Source: Atractiella rhizophila
Lineage: Eukaryota
Direction of reading: 5' to 3'
DNA: 51,203 nt
Assembly (NCBI GenBank): GCA_021432655.1
Contig: MU271515.1
Location: 1-51,203, forward strand
How positions within the stretch are numbered: position 1 is the stretch's first letter; each line of letters starts with the position of its first letter. The position numbers were made by a program, and so were the translations under genes. Under the pieces are notes generated by a model. It was not told where the DNA came from and searched no databases. It saw only the letters and a program-made list of their open reading frames with translations. Shown piece after piece: positions 37,792 through 49,626 of the stretch.

Positions 37792-38249
37792 ATGGGCCTG
37801 GTGAATTGATTAAAGAACCATCTACCTTCTCAATATGCTGATCCTAAGATCGGAAATTGATGATGTCAAGATACATAGTGACAATAGTTCGTCCGACGAG
37901 ATATTTATGAAAATCCGCAAGGTGGCAATAGGTACCGCTGGATGTCCATCGATTTGTAGACATCGTTACAGGAGTCTTCCAACATCACAACAAAGGATGC
38001 TTCTATCATACAGTAAGCATCTTATCATCATTATAAATTAAACCTACTTTTAAGATGCATACATATTTCTGGGCAATATGAGACAAAGCTGGGATGCTTT
38101 CAAACTACGTAGAGTTTGAGGATATGAGGGTGCATGTCCTGTTCAGTGATAGGGTGTTTAAGCGGTACGACAATCTCTCTAGTGGTTTTAGGCAGTCAAC
38201 TGATATGTTTTCTTTGTGTGATGTCGCTTCATGCTGCCTTCATTCAGTG

Positions 38250-38461
38250 GGAGCTTCATTGGATGGTTATTTTGGATGGTTCTTGGATTGGGTAGGAGCT
38301 CCAAGAGGCGGCTGCCCAGGTAGGAGTGTTAGTTGTAGTGTGTTGTGTTGGTCATCTGCCTCTTATGACTCATACGAGTCATCAATATGTAGTTTAGTTT
38401 TGCCTAGGAGTGTTGGTGCTCATCATTGACCACCAACTACTCCTAGCCTCAGATCCTTACA
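38250..38461 (+). mobile_element. Copia 3' UTR, PPT and type-D LTR (38327-38461)
   Basis: AAGAGGCGGCTGCCCAGGTAGGAG followed by TGTTAGTTG...CTTACA. Confidence 0.8.
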
Positions 38462-38507
38462 TTTATAGGCCATTCATTTGCAGCGAAAGGGTGGGAGTTC
38501 TGGGATC

Positions 38508-38676
38508 TGTTGGATTAGGTGTTATATTTCATGGTCTTGTGTTGTGTGGTCAGCCACCTTTGTTGTGTTTGCTCACTTTGAGGCTTTAGCCCCCTAGGGG
38601 GAAGTTTAGGAAGTCATCATCTTTGACCACCAATTCCTGTCCCCTAGATATGTGTTTCCCTATCAATGTTATCATC
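38508..38676 (+). mobile_element. Truncated type-B LTR
   Basis: TGTTGGATTAGGTGTTATATTTC... matches the reverse complement of 17285-17448. Confidence 0.8.
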
Positions 38677-39178
38677 TCGAAAGCCACTAAAAGGAGCAAA
38701 AGTCATTGGATCCATTTGATCAACAACCAGAGCCTTGACTACTTCTCTCTGATGTTTACAAACTTGTTACCATCTAGGATGCCTATCCTATCGAATAAAA
38801 CTAAACAAGGCAAAGTGACAAAGTCTCAACTCAAGTTATAGATAGCTGCTCATGTCAATCACAGTCTAAGTATATGGGACCCTGATGACTTTCCTATATT
38901 TCTCATTCCAATTCATCAGGTTACTCTTGTTTATGGGCCATGATTGAGAAAATTCAGGATTTTATTCTCAACACACCAGAGTCTAGGACCAAGGTTAGAT
39001 CAATATTTTAAACCTTGTCATTTCCTTCTGTTCCTTCTGTTCCATCAGTTTCCACCTGTACATAGGAAACCAAGCCTCTTACAACAAAATTAGGCACAGA
39101 TGTAACTTATTTCATGCAAATTGCAAACTGTCATTCCATGCATTCCTTTATCTTCCCATGTAACATCAAGCAGAAGAA

Positions 39179-40614
39179 TCATGCTGGTGGATAGAACCCA
39201 GTCCACAAAAAGATGCTGAAAATTGGCCACAATATGTTCCAGCTCAGCATCAATCTCTTCCACCAGACACAATAAACATTTGCATGTTCTGATAAAATAA
39301 CTGCAACCCCCCACCAATAGAGAGGAATTGTTAATGACTGCCGGATACAAATCTGAATATGCGAGGCAAAAATCAGAATGAAAAGGTAAAGTATATTGAC
39401 AAGTACAAGTGGAAATAAAGTCTGCTCTAGTGAAGGGGAATCAGAGGCGGCAGTTGTAGTCCTGATGACATGCCTCATCATGCGAATAAATCCGAAACGC
39501 CGGAAGAAAACGCGGACAAAATACATAGCGGTTAGAAGGACAGGGAGGGATATTAAGAAGTTGGGGAGCTGAGCGAACTCCCAATAGCGCAGAAACCCAA
39601 CGTTCCTGTAAGCAAAGTCAACTGTGAAGACTCATCTCTGTCAAGAAGAAATATACCAATATTGGCTCTGCACAAAGCTATAGACAGAGGGGAGTACCGC
39701 ATTACACCATGATCGTTGCGTCGTGGCCGCGCAGAAGAGCCGAAATGCACGATATTGCTGTTGGGCAAAGGGCGCAACTGCGATCACGGCAAATGTCAAG
39801 AAAACGCCTAGGTGCAAGCTTTTCGCCTTCACTCCATGTTAAACATACGCCTTGCAACAAAGGAGACTAACCTTCATAGTTACATCGGGCTGAATCAGGA
39901 CTATCCAAGCGCGCCATAGCCAAAGGCCTCCGCCTGTTAATATAGCATTGGGACGGAAGAGGGTTGCCAAGGAAAACGAAACCGCGCTCAGCAGACCGGT
40001 GAAGAAAACTTTCGCAGAAAAGCCAGGTGGACACTTGCAGTGACATAAGATGCCGGCGAAAGTGAATAGACAAAAGAAAGACTCGGAGTAAGGAACAATG
40101 GTCACAGGAGGAGACGGTGCAAGACAAGCATGTAAACAAGCTGCGGTGAATGCGAACTTCTCCAAATCCCGAGCCATAGATGTCGAGCGGAAGAGCGCAA
40201 GTGTCATCCTGACGTCCGTTTTGTGCATCAAGTATCGATGATAGATATGCCCACTCACCGATAAAACAGAAGCGAACTGAACACGGTAGCGACAGAGGAC
40301 AGCAGCATGCCAAGGCAAAATGCCTTTTCTCCTTCAATTGCCAGATATCCGCGCAACATCCAGGACATGGCAGGCATGAAAGCGAAATGATGTTCTTGCG
40401 AGTAGTCTTGGCTGAGGAAGTGGTGTAGATCCCACTTCAAGAACGGCCCTAGCCTGCTCGGTAAAGGCAATCTGAGGACATGAGACGAATCAAATGTAGG
40501 TGTCACTGCAGCTGCCAAGACGAATAGGACCAGAGTAACGCATCTTGCCAAAATTCCGACGAGAAGGAGGTAAACATCAGGAGTGATGGTGCGCAATGTT
40601 GTCTGCTTTGGCAT
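39179..40614 (-). CDS. GPI18: GPI mannosyltransferase 2 (PIG-V)
   Basis: FDSS, FLKWDLHHF, EHHFAFMP, PYSESFF, ATLFRPNAIL, WC...PSVYSFVQSQYW and C-terminal FWTGFYPPA-type ending. Confidence 0.9.
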
Positions 40615-41053
40615 GATTCCAGTCTTTATGACCCCACTCAGGGGTCTTCCAAAGTCGCAAGCGTCGTTCTGGCATTAGTATATCAGTATTATATCCGTAT
40701 AAAGCACTGCAACGTGACACATAGCCTCAAATATGGTGCCGCCGATGTGAGGTAAGTGATGGACGTCGCGACTCATTGTGAATATCAGGATTGAGAACGA
40801 CCCACCAGCACTCCGTTTACAGCTCACTTGATTACGGCCGTTGTACCTGAAAGCTCATGTAGTTGTCAAGGTGGATTTGGATGTGGATTTGTGGATTTGT
40901 CACGTTAGAGTCCTCTTCGTGTCCTGGTGAGATGATAAACAACCAATTGGGTCACGACCTCAACAACAGAAGCTCACATGTACCCACATCGCCCAAATTT
41001 GTAGCTCCCTGGCCAACCCCATTCCAGTCATAAAGGTCGAAAGACGAAGTGTT

Positions 41054-44000
41054 ATGACGACACTCCCATCTCTTCGACTAGACAACGTCTTGTTCGGTCA
41101 CCCAAATCCCGGCCCCCATACCGTGCTGAGTGCTTCAATCTCTGGGGAATCTTACTGGGTCCGTCGAGGTCGTCTCTATCTGCAAGCATGTCCCCATTAT
41201 GTTTCCAGCTGTTGGCATCACAAAAAGACATAATTCTTCTCTCAGAGGAGCTCCAAGTTTTGCGCGTTACTCCTTTCGATGATGCGTTTCCTTCATACGC
41301 GTCTCCACACATAGTGTCTGCACTGGCCTACGATCCAGAGGATGAAAAGGTGCTTACTCCTTCCACCATTCTTCCAACTTGATCCCTTGTTGGGGCAGAT
41401 TGCAGCTTTGTCCGGCAATCGTATTGCTGTGTGGACAGTTCGGGGCAATGAGTGGATAGTGCATTCCAGTTTTACGGCCAGCATGGAGCCTTCCACGTTA
41501 GACATCTCCCAAGGTACGCTTCCATCACTTCAGCATCGGCATCTTGCGATGTTGTCTGTCAGGTTTTATGGTCCTTGGAGGCCGCGGTGGAGTTTCGTTT
41601 TGGAGTTGCGAGGAAGACGTAGATATACCTGTCTGGAAGAAGACAGGTCTCCTCCCGTGCGTCCCGACGTACACCTTTAATCTGTCTCATGCGCCGGCGC
41701 TTTAAAAAGCTTTGCAGCAATATCCTGGGTGGCATTATCCCGGCCCTTCGGGTTTTGTGCTTTTTTGCGGTGCAATTCAAATGTGGTAGAAATCTCCCAA
41801 CTCGTTCGGATGCCATTTTCCAGCGTGCTTTTGCCGTCAATCTGGCATCCAGAGCCATTACGATCTATTTATTGGCGGCCGCGAACAACAAGGTGTGTCC
41901 CAATCTTGCGACAAGTCTCAGATTCAAGTGATTACCATGCAGCGAAAAAGTAGTTCTCTTGACGGAAACATCTTCGGGGATTCTCAGGCTGTGGTCAACA
42001 ATGCTCGACTCACCAAACCAATTTTGCCTCTGGTACAACGTCCAAACACAGATTTTTTCGCCTCAACTCAAGGTCCTTCGCTCATTTTGGATGGGACGCT
42101 TAAAAATTGACGATATTGCTCAAGATCTGTGTAGCATATGCTATTCAGATGGTTCACTAGGTGTAGTTTTGATCCGAGTGTGTAGCTACGAGAAATCACG
42201 GAGACGTGCTGACACAGAATGGTTTTAGGATGTAGATCGGACTCTGCCCACTTGTTTATCATATAAACGTTACGTCTTTGCGCCACGGTTCATGTCCAGA
42301 CGGCATCTACCACATCTTCAACATATCTGTGTCCTCTCGACAGACTCCGAGGTCTCTAACCTGGACAGTCTATCTTTTTTGGGCTGGAATGACGATTCTT
42401 TGCTACTTTTACATGCCAATCTCCCCACAGTCCCTTCCTCCCCTTCGCCTCAATCTAGGCTACGGTGGATGACTCAGGGCCACCTTTCTAGCATAATTGC
42501 CCATGATAAAGGATTTCTCCTGGCTTCTGCAGGCGGAGATGCAGAGTGTTGGCGACGGCCACTCGTTAGATGGCCAAAAGGTACATTTCTGCCTGTCCAT
42601 CGTAATGCTTTGCTTTTGCCCTTGTCTGATGGTGAGTGTCCCATTTTGATTAACTTAAGCTCTAAAAACGGGCAGCGTCGACTGTCATGCATCTCACGCC
42701 TTCTAACATCCTACTTGAAAATGCCAAGTCGGAACAGACGTTTTCGAGGTCGCTGCCTCGAAGAGTGAACCACATATTGCTCGATATTGTGGACGAGACC
42801 AGCGTAGTGTTTCTGGATGAGGATGGCACGGCAACGCTTTGGGATTTTGTTAGTCAGGAGACTGTCTTTGAAGCAAGGCTTGCAGGTTCTGGGAAGGTTA
42901 AGGTAGCAACGAAGGATCTGGGTGGCCGTTCGCAATTCCTATCGCTGGCGTTGATTCGCTCAACTGGGGTGCTTGAAATATGGAACATGAGGAAGAAGGG
43001 TCAATACACTGAATGGGAAAAGTTTCCATTTCACCGCGAAGACATGCTCAATGTCAACCACTTGACATTTGCTTTTCCAAAACTTGGCACTGGTAAATCG
43101 CATTTATTTTGGAGTTAATCGACTGATTATCTGAGTGAGTTTCTTCTGGACCACCGGATACCTTGAAAATTTTCGACTTGGATGAGGCTCAATTCACCTC
43201 TGGGTTGGAATGCAGCATAGAGCTGAAGTGGGTATTCTCGGCCAAAGTACCTCTCGCTGATCTCGTTTAGTGCACTTACCTGCCAGATGTCTTTTATCCT
43301 CCTTAGCAATTCCACACCCGTGCTTGCTATCATGACATCCCGCGATGTGAAGTTGTACACTCAACGTCGCATTGACTCTTATGCAAGATTCCGTCGTTGG
43401 GAGGCTACTGTGTCCATCAAACTAGACGGGTGATAAAAGGTCGTAGTTATTGAACGTTAAGCTTATTCCCTCTTAGGATAACCAATGCCCCGCTCACCTC
43501 CTTAGCGTGGCTTCAACACGGGCTCGTGGTTTCGGCTGGATCTCAGATATTTGCTTTCAGCTCTAGTTTAATTTGGAGTCACGAATGGACCTTGTCCAAG
43601 CCATCAGACCTTTTGACTCTGACGGACACATTACAGCTGCCACTACCTGAATTTCACCCTCAAGTTCTGAGCAGCTGCTTCGCCTCTCGTTTGTCATCCC
43701 TCGTCTCACATATGGAGCTAACGACACCTTCAGAACAACTTGCATTCATTGAAGACGTTTTGGCGATACTCTTAGCTTCCTATGACGATGTGCACTCGGA
43801 CCCTACCTATTGGATGCGTGTCAATGACAGAGTCAAATGCTACTACGTGCAAGGCGGAGAGGTATGGCATTTCTTCCCGCACGGATCATTCTTATCAAAT
43901 TCATTAGGAGCTTGAGAACAGGCTTCTACTACAGTCCGCCACCTCCCCTCGCTGCGTTCGCTACTCACATGATGTGCAGACAGCGCCGATTCTCTCGGTC

Positions 44001-45558
44001 GGATTGTCACGCTTTGATGCAACGGCTACAAACTCAACCCTTTCCTTTCCTGTCGGACAATGAAAGAGAGCAGTTGCTGGTTCTCATCGAAGTAGTCGGA
44101 AATGTAAGTGTTTGTCATAGAGTAGAGCTCCGCTGCTAATCCTGGATGCAGCTTGAAGAGCTTAATCGTGCGGTAGACCCTTGTGGCCGTCGCTACCTCT
44201 TAGCCATGCGGTCATTCTTCATCAGTCGGCAGTTACAGCGTAGTTTAATTGGTCAGTCACGACTAAAATATCGTGATGTGCTGTGGGCATATCATAGTGA
44301 GAGTCAAACGATCTTGTTGACCGCGACCCTCGAGGCCTGTGGACAAAAACTGAAGTGGACGGATGCAAAGTCCCTCGGGATATTCATGTGGATAAGATCT
44401 CCGGTTATATTGGTCTGTCCTACATATTTAAATTGGCGCAGTTCTTATCATCGAGCCAGAAGGAGCAAATTGAAGCTGTTGCTCGTTTCAGCTTTATAGC
44501 GACCGATGAACGAGATCCAGAAACTGCGACACTTTTCTATCTCGCTTTGCGGAAGAAGGCGGTCGTACAAGGTTTATGGAAACAATCGCCTGGACACGCT
44601 TTGCAGAAATTGATGGTTCAATTTCTCGTGCATAATTTTGAAGAAGAACGATGGAGAATTGCGGCTGTTAAGAATGCGTACTCGTTGTTGGGGAAAAGAC
44701 GATATTGTCTGTTGCCTGTTGACCCGTCTGAACTTCTTGATCCGTCTGATGTGGTTTTAGATCTGGCTGCTGGCTTTTTCCTGTTGGCGGATCGTTTACA
44801 GGATGCGGTCAATGTATGCCTTCAACAATTGGACGATTTTCAGCTTGCCATCGCCATCGCGCGCACTTACGATGGTGATGATGGCGCAATCCTTCACGGT
44901 GTGCTGGAGAACTATGTGATTCCGTTTGCTTTTGGCCGTGGGTATCGCTGGCTCGCCTGTTGGGCTTTCTGGATGCTGAACAGGCGGGATTTGGCTGTTC
45001 GAGTCATAGTGGTTGGCAGATCTTATTTGTTATTCGACCAAAGACTGACCACAAGCAGAGCCCCTTCAGCGACCTCGTGGCTGAAATATCCGTGACTCCG
45101 GAAACGATCAAAATCAATGATCCGATTTTCGAGGATCCGAGCCTTGCCATTTTGTTCATATATCTCCGGGATCATTCTCTGCAGACGCTGAAGGGATCCA
45201 AGTTTATATCGACATCGGCCGAATCGAAGGTGAGAGGGGTATTTTACCATCTCTCTCCATTTCTAAGCACACTCTTCAGTTTATTCTCCACATGTGTCGA
45301 TCGTTGCGTGCTCTGGGGTGTCACTACCTTGCTGTTGACCTTGCAAAAAACTATCGCTTTCTTGGTACCGGATCCAACCCGGCTGACAGGGGTGCGGGTG
45401 CAGCGGCACGCTTTCACTTTCGAAGGCAGTCTACTATCCGCATTGATGAGGAGCTCCCTTCTCAGACACCTTCAGGCACGGTTTCTCCAACGGTTCAGCA
45501 AGCCAAGAAAGCTACACAACTCCCGCCTGAATTTGACTTTGCAGACTTCAACTTCTGA
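41054..45558 (+). CDS. RAV1: Regulator of V-ATPase assembly (RAVE subunit Rav1 / rabconnectin-3-like), multi-exon
   Basis: Rav1p_C-type motifs LPEFHPQ, DPCGRRYL, WAYHSESQ, W..AKSLGIFMW, RDP..LFYLAL.KK, FEEERWRIAAVKNAYSLLGKRRY and AAGFFLLAD.L.DAVNVC..QLDDFQLAIAIAR. The start codon is inferred. Confidence 0.88.
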
Positions 45559-45695
45559 AAAGGATATTGCACTTTCCGGACCCATGGGTTGGAAATCAAA
45601 TTTCAATACGTAGAGGAGCACACATGGGCATAAAAAGATACAGTGTGGGGAAGAGCATATATTTTGGACAATGTGGACATCATGTACCTATGTAT

Positions 45696-48305
45696 TCACA
45701 AGATCCACCATAACCCTTGGACGCTTTCACGTGCAATACCCTTTTTATCTAGCCATGCAGAAGTGTCGGTGGCGATTGAAGAAGTGGTGGTTACCCCTTC
45801 ATTCTCCATCCATTCCGCAATCGCGATCAATGACTCAAGATCGTCTTGAATCCTTGCAACAGAGCAGAGAACCGCGAATGCCTTTGAAGAAAAGCCGGAA
45901 AGTCGCATACGGGGTCGACTCCATTTGACAATTCGTCGAATGAACGTCATCCTGCTGAACCTATCATTCTTCGAGCGGAGGGCAAGCAAGTTATGCAGGG
46001 TGTACGTCAAGATCTTTTCATGTACACATCCACTCTTGGAGGTCAGTTCGTACAGTTTCATGACTTCGAAAGGATCTCCGTCTTTGACAGCCTCGCCGAT
46101 GAAACCAAGAGCGACCCGCAGATCTACGACGTGATTGTGCGATAACGCTGCAATGATCGAAATGCGTCGCAAACTCCTTTCCCTGGGACCGTCCACCAGG
46201 CGTGTTTGCTTGAGCATGTGAAAGACACAACGTCTTACAGTCTTCTGAAACTTGTGGATTCCTAGGGCTTTACTCATTTTCATGAGTTTGCTGATGTTCC
46301 CGAAAGTGATCGCAGATGGTCGAGCTTCGCAATAAGTAACAATGGCTTCCGCCATACCGTCGATCGTGGAATGATCAGGCTGTATTCCCAAGTTGTACGC
46401 CGTTTGCAGAGTTTTGCATCCTCTTGCAGGACCAAGCTGTAAAATACGCACTTGTGCTTCAATCTTGATATCCAGCTTGCTGGGGTAAAGGCCACGTTCG
46501 CGCCGTTCAGTTAAGAGTTGACGTGCTGACCAGAGATCCTGTAAGGCGTAGAAGCACCGTGTTAAAGCAGTTAGATCCTTATGCTCAAAGCCGTAGTGTT
46601 GGAAAGAATCAGCTCCCGTTTTTCTCTGACGGATAAAGTCATTAACAATACTTCTCGCAAACGCTCGATCACCAGACATTCTCCTGACCATTTTCACCAA
46701 CGTTGAGGGTTCCACCTTCATATTCTGGGATAGTAGGAAACAACAGGTTTTGCGTTGGAAAAGCCTATAAAAACGGATAAGCCATCTCTCCCCTACTCGC
46801 TGCGAGAACTGAGAAGCGCTGAGGCTGGTGAGGACACTGTTTGCTACGTCGTCGTCCATACTGTCTGGGGGTGAACGAGAGAGCCGGCTATAAAGGAATC
46901 CGCACAACCAATCAAGTTTCCGTTTCTTCCTGCCAGTCGTTTGAGAGCTGTCTACGCAGATGAATCGGAGAAGATAGACAAGGTTGGAATCCGACAGATT
47001 GAATAATGCGTCAGGTTCTGAGTGGTACCACCAGTGGAAATGTTCAAGGATGTAGTCAAAGAAACGGAGATGGTCAAGCTGAATGCATGCCTCAAAAAAA
47101 CAAAGTATCAGCTTCCTTGCTTCAGGGTTACTCGCAGGCCACCAAATGAGGAGTTGAGATCTCATCCAACGGAACACCGCCGTGAGAGAGAAGAGATCGA
47201 GATTTGCGTATTCCAAAGCTTCTCGGACAGTTTGGCGAACTAGAGTACTATCGTCCATCAGTGGGCCACATGTCAAGTTCTGCACGGCGAGGCCCTTAAA
47301 CGCAGTAAAACACAGGTGCCACTCTTGACGGTCGGCCAGTTCTCGTGCTATGGTACGAAGGATAATCAAGCGGAAAAAGGCAAATCGCTCATCAGGGGTT
47401 ATACTGGTGACCTCTTGCACACCTAACGAAAGATTGGATCCGGCAATCGAGGAGGTTGTAGAAACAATGGATTTGGAAATGATTGAGTTATAGATTTCGA
47501 ATGTAGCAGACAGGATTTCTTTGGGAAAAGATGACGGAGGATAAGACCACTGTGCAAGATGAAGTATAAGGTGGAGAAGCTGAACGCTCTTGATGTGAAA
47601 GTCGAGGGCGGAAGGGTCTTCGATGATCGGCCTAGTCAATGCGCGCACTGCCCAAAGGAGGCGGTTTATGTTAACCTGAACGCTTCTTTGAACTTCTTCC
47701 AAACCGATCGTATTGATTGACTGTAAAACCAAAAGTGCAGCTTGAGGCGAGAGTCGTTCTTCGCTCGCGGAAGACAGGTCGTTTGGAGAAGAGGGATCGT
47801 AATCTTCGGCAGCGGAAGCATAGGTTACTACTTTGGACCACATCAAAATTACTTCAGATGCTTTAATTTTGCTGCTAAGCAGCTCCTTTGGACTGTGCAG
47901 GGAAACAGAATGCAGAATGCTTCCCCAAGCTTGTGCTGAGGTGGAATAGCTCTGCAACAGTGATAGTTTGTCCGCGTCATCCTGCAACATCGACAATATT
48001 GCTCTTTCTCTGTTGGCTATGACTGCCTGCACAATCGGCTGAATGTCATGGAGACAAAGTTGGAATTCAGGCGATGCTCTTGCATTGAGGTAGGAGCGAA
48101 TGGAATCGGATGGCGTTAGGGGAAGAGGACGTGGAGGAGGACGTGGAGGCTGTAAGACGGAGTAGGGTAAGTGGAGAAGCCGAGTCTGACAAGGCGTAAA
48201 GCCTTTTCGATCATGCCGAATCGTGGAGGGAGTACGCTGTTCAAGTTTTTGCCAAAAAGAAGGCGCTGTTCGTGACCACGAGATTTGGGAGACGGCGCGA
48301 AGCAT
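45696..48305 (-). CDS. Intronless ~869-aa protein, putative mitochondrial helical-repeat (PPR-like) protein
   Basis: Uninterrupted ORF. The probable start MLRAVSQISWSRTA is an R/S-rich, acid-poor presequence-like segment. PPR-like pieces include RERGLYPS and LGIQPDHSTI. Confidence 0.55.
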   Translation of the reverse strand: MLRAVSQISWSRTAPSFWQKLEQRTPSTIRHDRKGFTPCQTRLLHLPYSVLQPPRPPPRPLPLTPSDSIRSYLNARASPEFQLCLHDIQPIVQAVIANRERAILSMLQDDADKLSLLQSYSTSAQAWGSILHSVSLHSPKELLSSKIKASEVILMWSKVVTYASAAEDYDPSSPNDLSSASEERLSPQAALLVLQSINTIGLEEVQRSVQVNINRLLWAVRALTRPIIEDPSALDFHIKSVQLLHLILHLAQWSYPPSSFPKEILSATFEIYNSIISKSIVSTTSSIAGSNLSLGVQEVTSITPDERFAFFRLIILRTIARELADRQEWHLCFTAFKGLAVQNLTCGPLMDDSTLVRQTVREALEYANLDLFSLTAVFRWMRSQLLIWWPASNPEARKLILCFFEACIQLDHLRFFDYILEHFHWWYHSEPDALFNLSDSNLVYLLRFICVDSSQTTGRKKRKLDWLCGFLYSRLSRSPPDSMDDDVANSVLTSLSASQFSQRVGERWLIRFYRLFQRKTCCFLLSQNMKVEPSTLVKMVRRMSGDRAFARSIVNDFIRQRKTGADSFQHYGFEHKDLTALTRCFYALQDLWSARQLLTERRERGLYPSKLDIKIEAQVRILQLGPARGCKTLQTAYNLGIQPDHSTIDGMAEAIVTYCEARPSAITFGNISKLMKMSKALGIHKFQKTVRRCVFHMLKQTRLVDGPRERSLRRISIIAALSHNHVVDLRVALGFIGEAVKDGDPFEVMKLYELTSKSGCVHEKILTYTLHNLLALRSKNDRFSRMTFIRRIVKWSRPRMRLSGFSSKAFAVLCSVARIQDDLESLIAIAEWMENEGVTTTSSIATDTSAWLDKKGIARESVQGLWWIL

Positions 48306-49626
48306 GAACTGGTCTACCCATTCTGTCAGCGTGTACATTAGGTTGTAAAAGAGTATCAATACTCTGTCGACGCAGAATCTCCCAGTATAACCAACTGCAA
48401 CCAGAGCGAAGTCCACAACACACCAGCTCAGAAGTGCGCCCAGCCCTAGACTGATATTGCTAACGGGAGACAGTAAGGATACATCCGTTTGAAGCTTACA
48501 AAGTGAGATTTACCTGATGGTGACAGCGTGGGATCTGGACTGAGTGTAGTTGTTGTGAAGACTACCGGATAGTCAGAGTTGAACACAACGTTAGCCACTT
48601 TCTTTTCTCGTTCTCTTTTGTGCTTGTGTACCGCACTGTACTACAAAGCGCTAGGCTTTGAGAGCTTCGAATGCAAGCTTAATGGAATCATAGATTAATC
48701 CAAGGAGCAATTGATGATACATGCATCCATTCTGCCAGCCAAAACCTGGATCTGTCATCAATCATCGTCCTTTTTGGGTGGTAGGCCACAGGGCTGTAAC
48801 ATTTTCTATCCTCGACAATTAGACTTCTTCATCTCTTCATTCCAAGAGCAGAGTAGGTACCTCACACAGCTCAAACTTGAGTCTTCCCATCGACTCTCCA
48901 TCTGCAAGTGCCAGATAGGCGAGGAGGGGAGGGTGGCCAATGATGGAAGAGTACGTGTCGCGATGCTGATGCGTGAGCCACTCGCTTGAATCATAATTTC
49001 AGATAAAAAAGCAAGAACCAGAACGAAAGACGCGTACTATTTCGTAATATCTGCGTGTCCAGTCCCAGTGTACCGAGCATGTACTGGAGGAAATCAAATC
49101 AGCGTTGGCTAGCGCCATGGAAAGAGAACACGGAATACGCACGCTGCTCAAGCTGAGTGTTAGCTGTATACCTGAGTTCGGACTGGTTTTAAAATGTCAG
49201 CATCGGTCAAGTTATTGCGTCAAAACAAATCATGGGAAGTGATTCAGGTGCAGAATGCTAGTTTGACATTTAGGAAGAGGGATGATGATAGTTCCACCTT
49301 GAGGAACTTATGCCAGCATAGGTGGTAAGCATCCTTCCCGTGTAAAGACATTCTGGAGAACATGGGAACTTACCATGGTTGTTTGTGATTGTTGGTATTT
49401 GGGATGTGTGGCAGGGAAAAAGTTCGGAGACTGGTTGGCAGGATGAGGAAGCTGTAGCGACTTTGGTGCGATTTGTAACTTTGAGTTGTGGTTGTGGAGC
49501 TCAATATACCTCTTTATCAACTAATACATCCTCAATCCTTACTTCTTACACTGGACAGAACCCCCAACGTCGTCAACTTCGCACTTGCTCTGCTTCCCCT
49601 TCAGCTGCTAATATCCATCACCCAAA

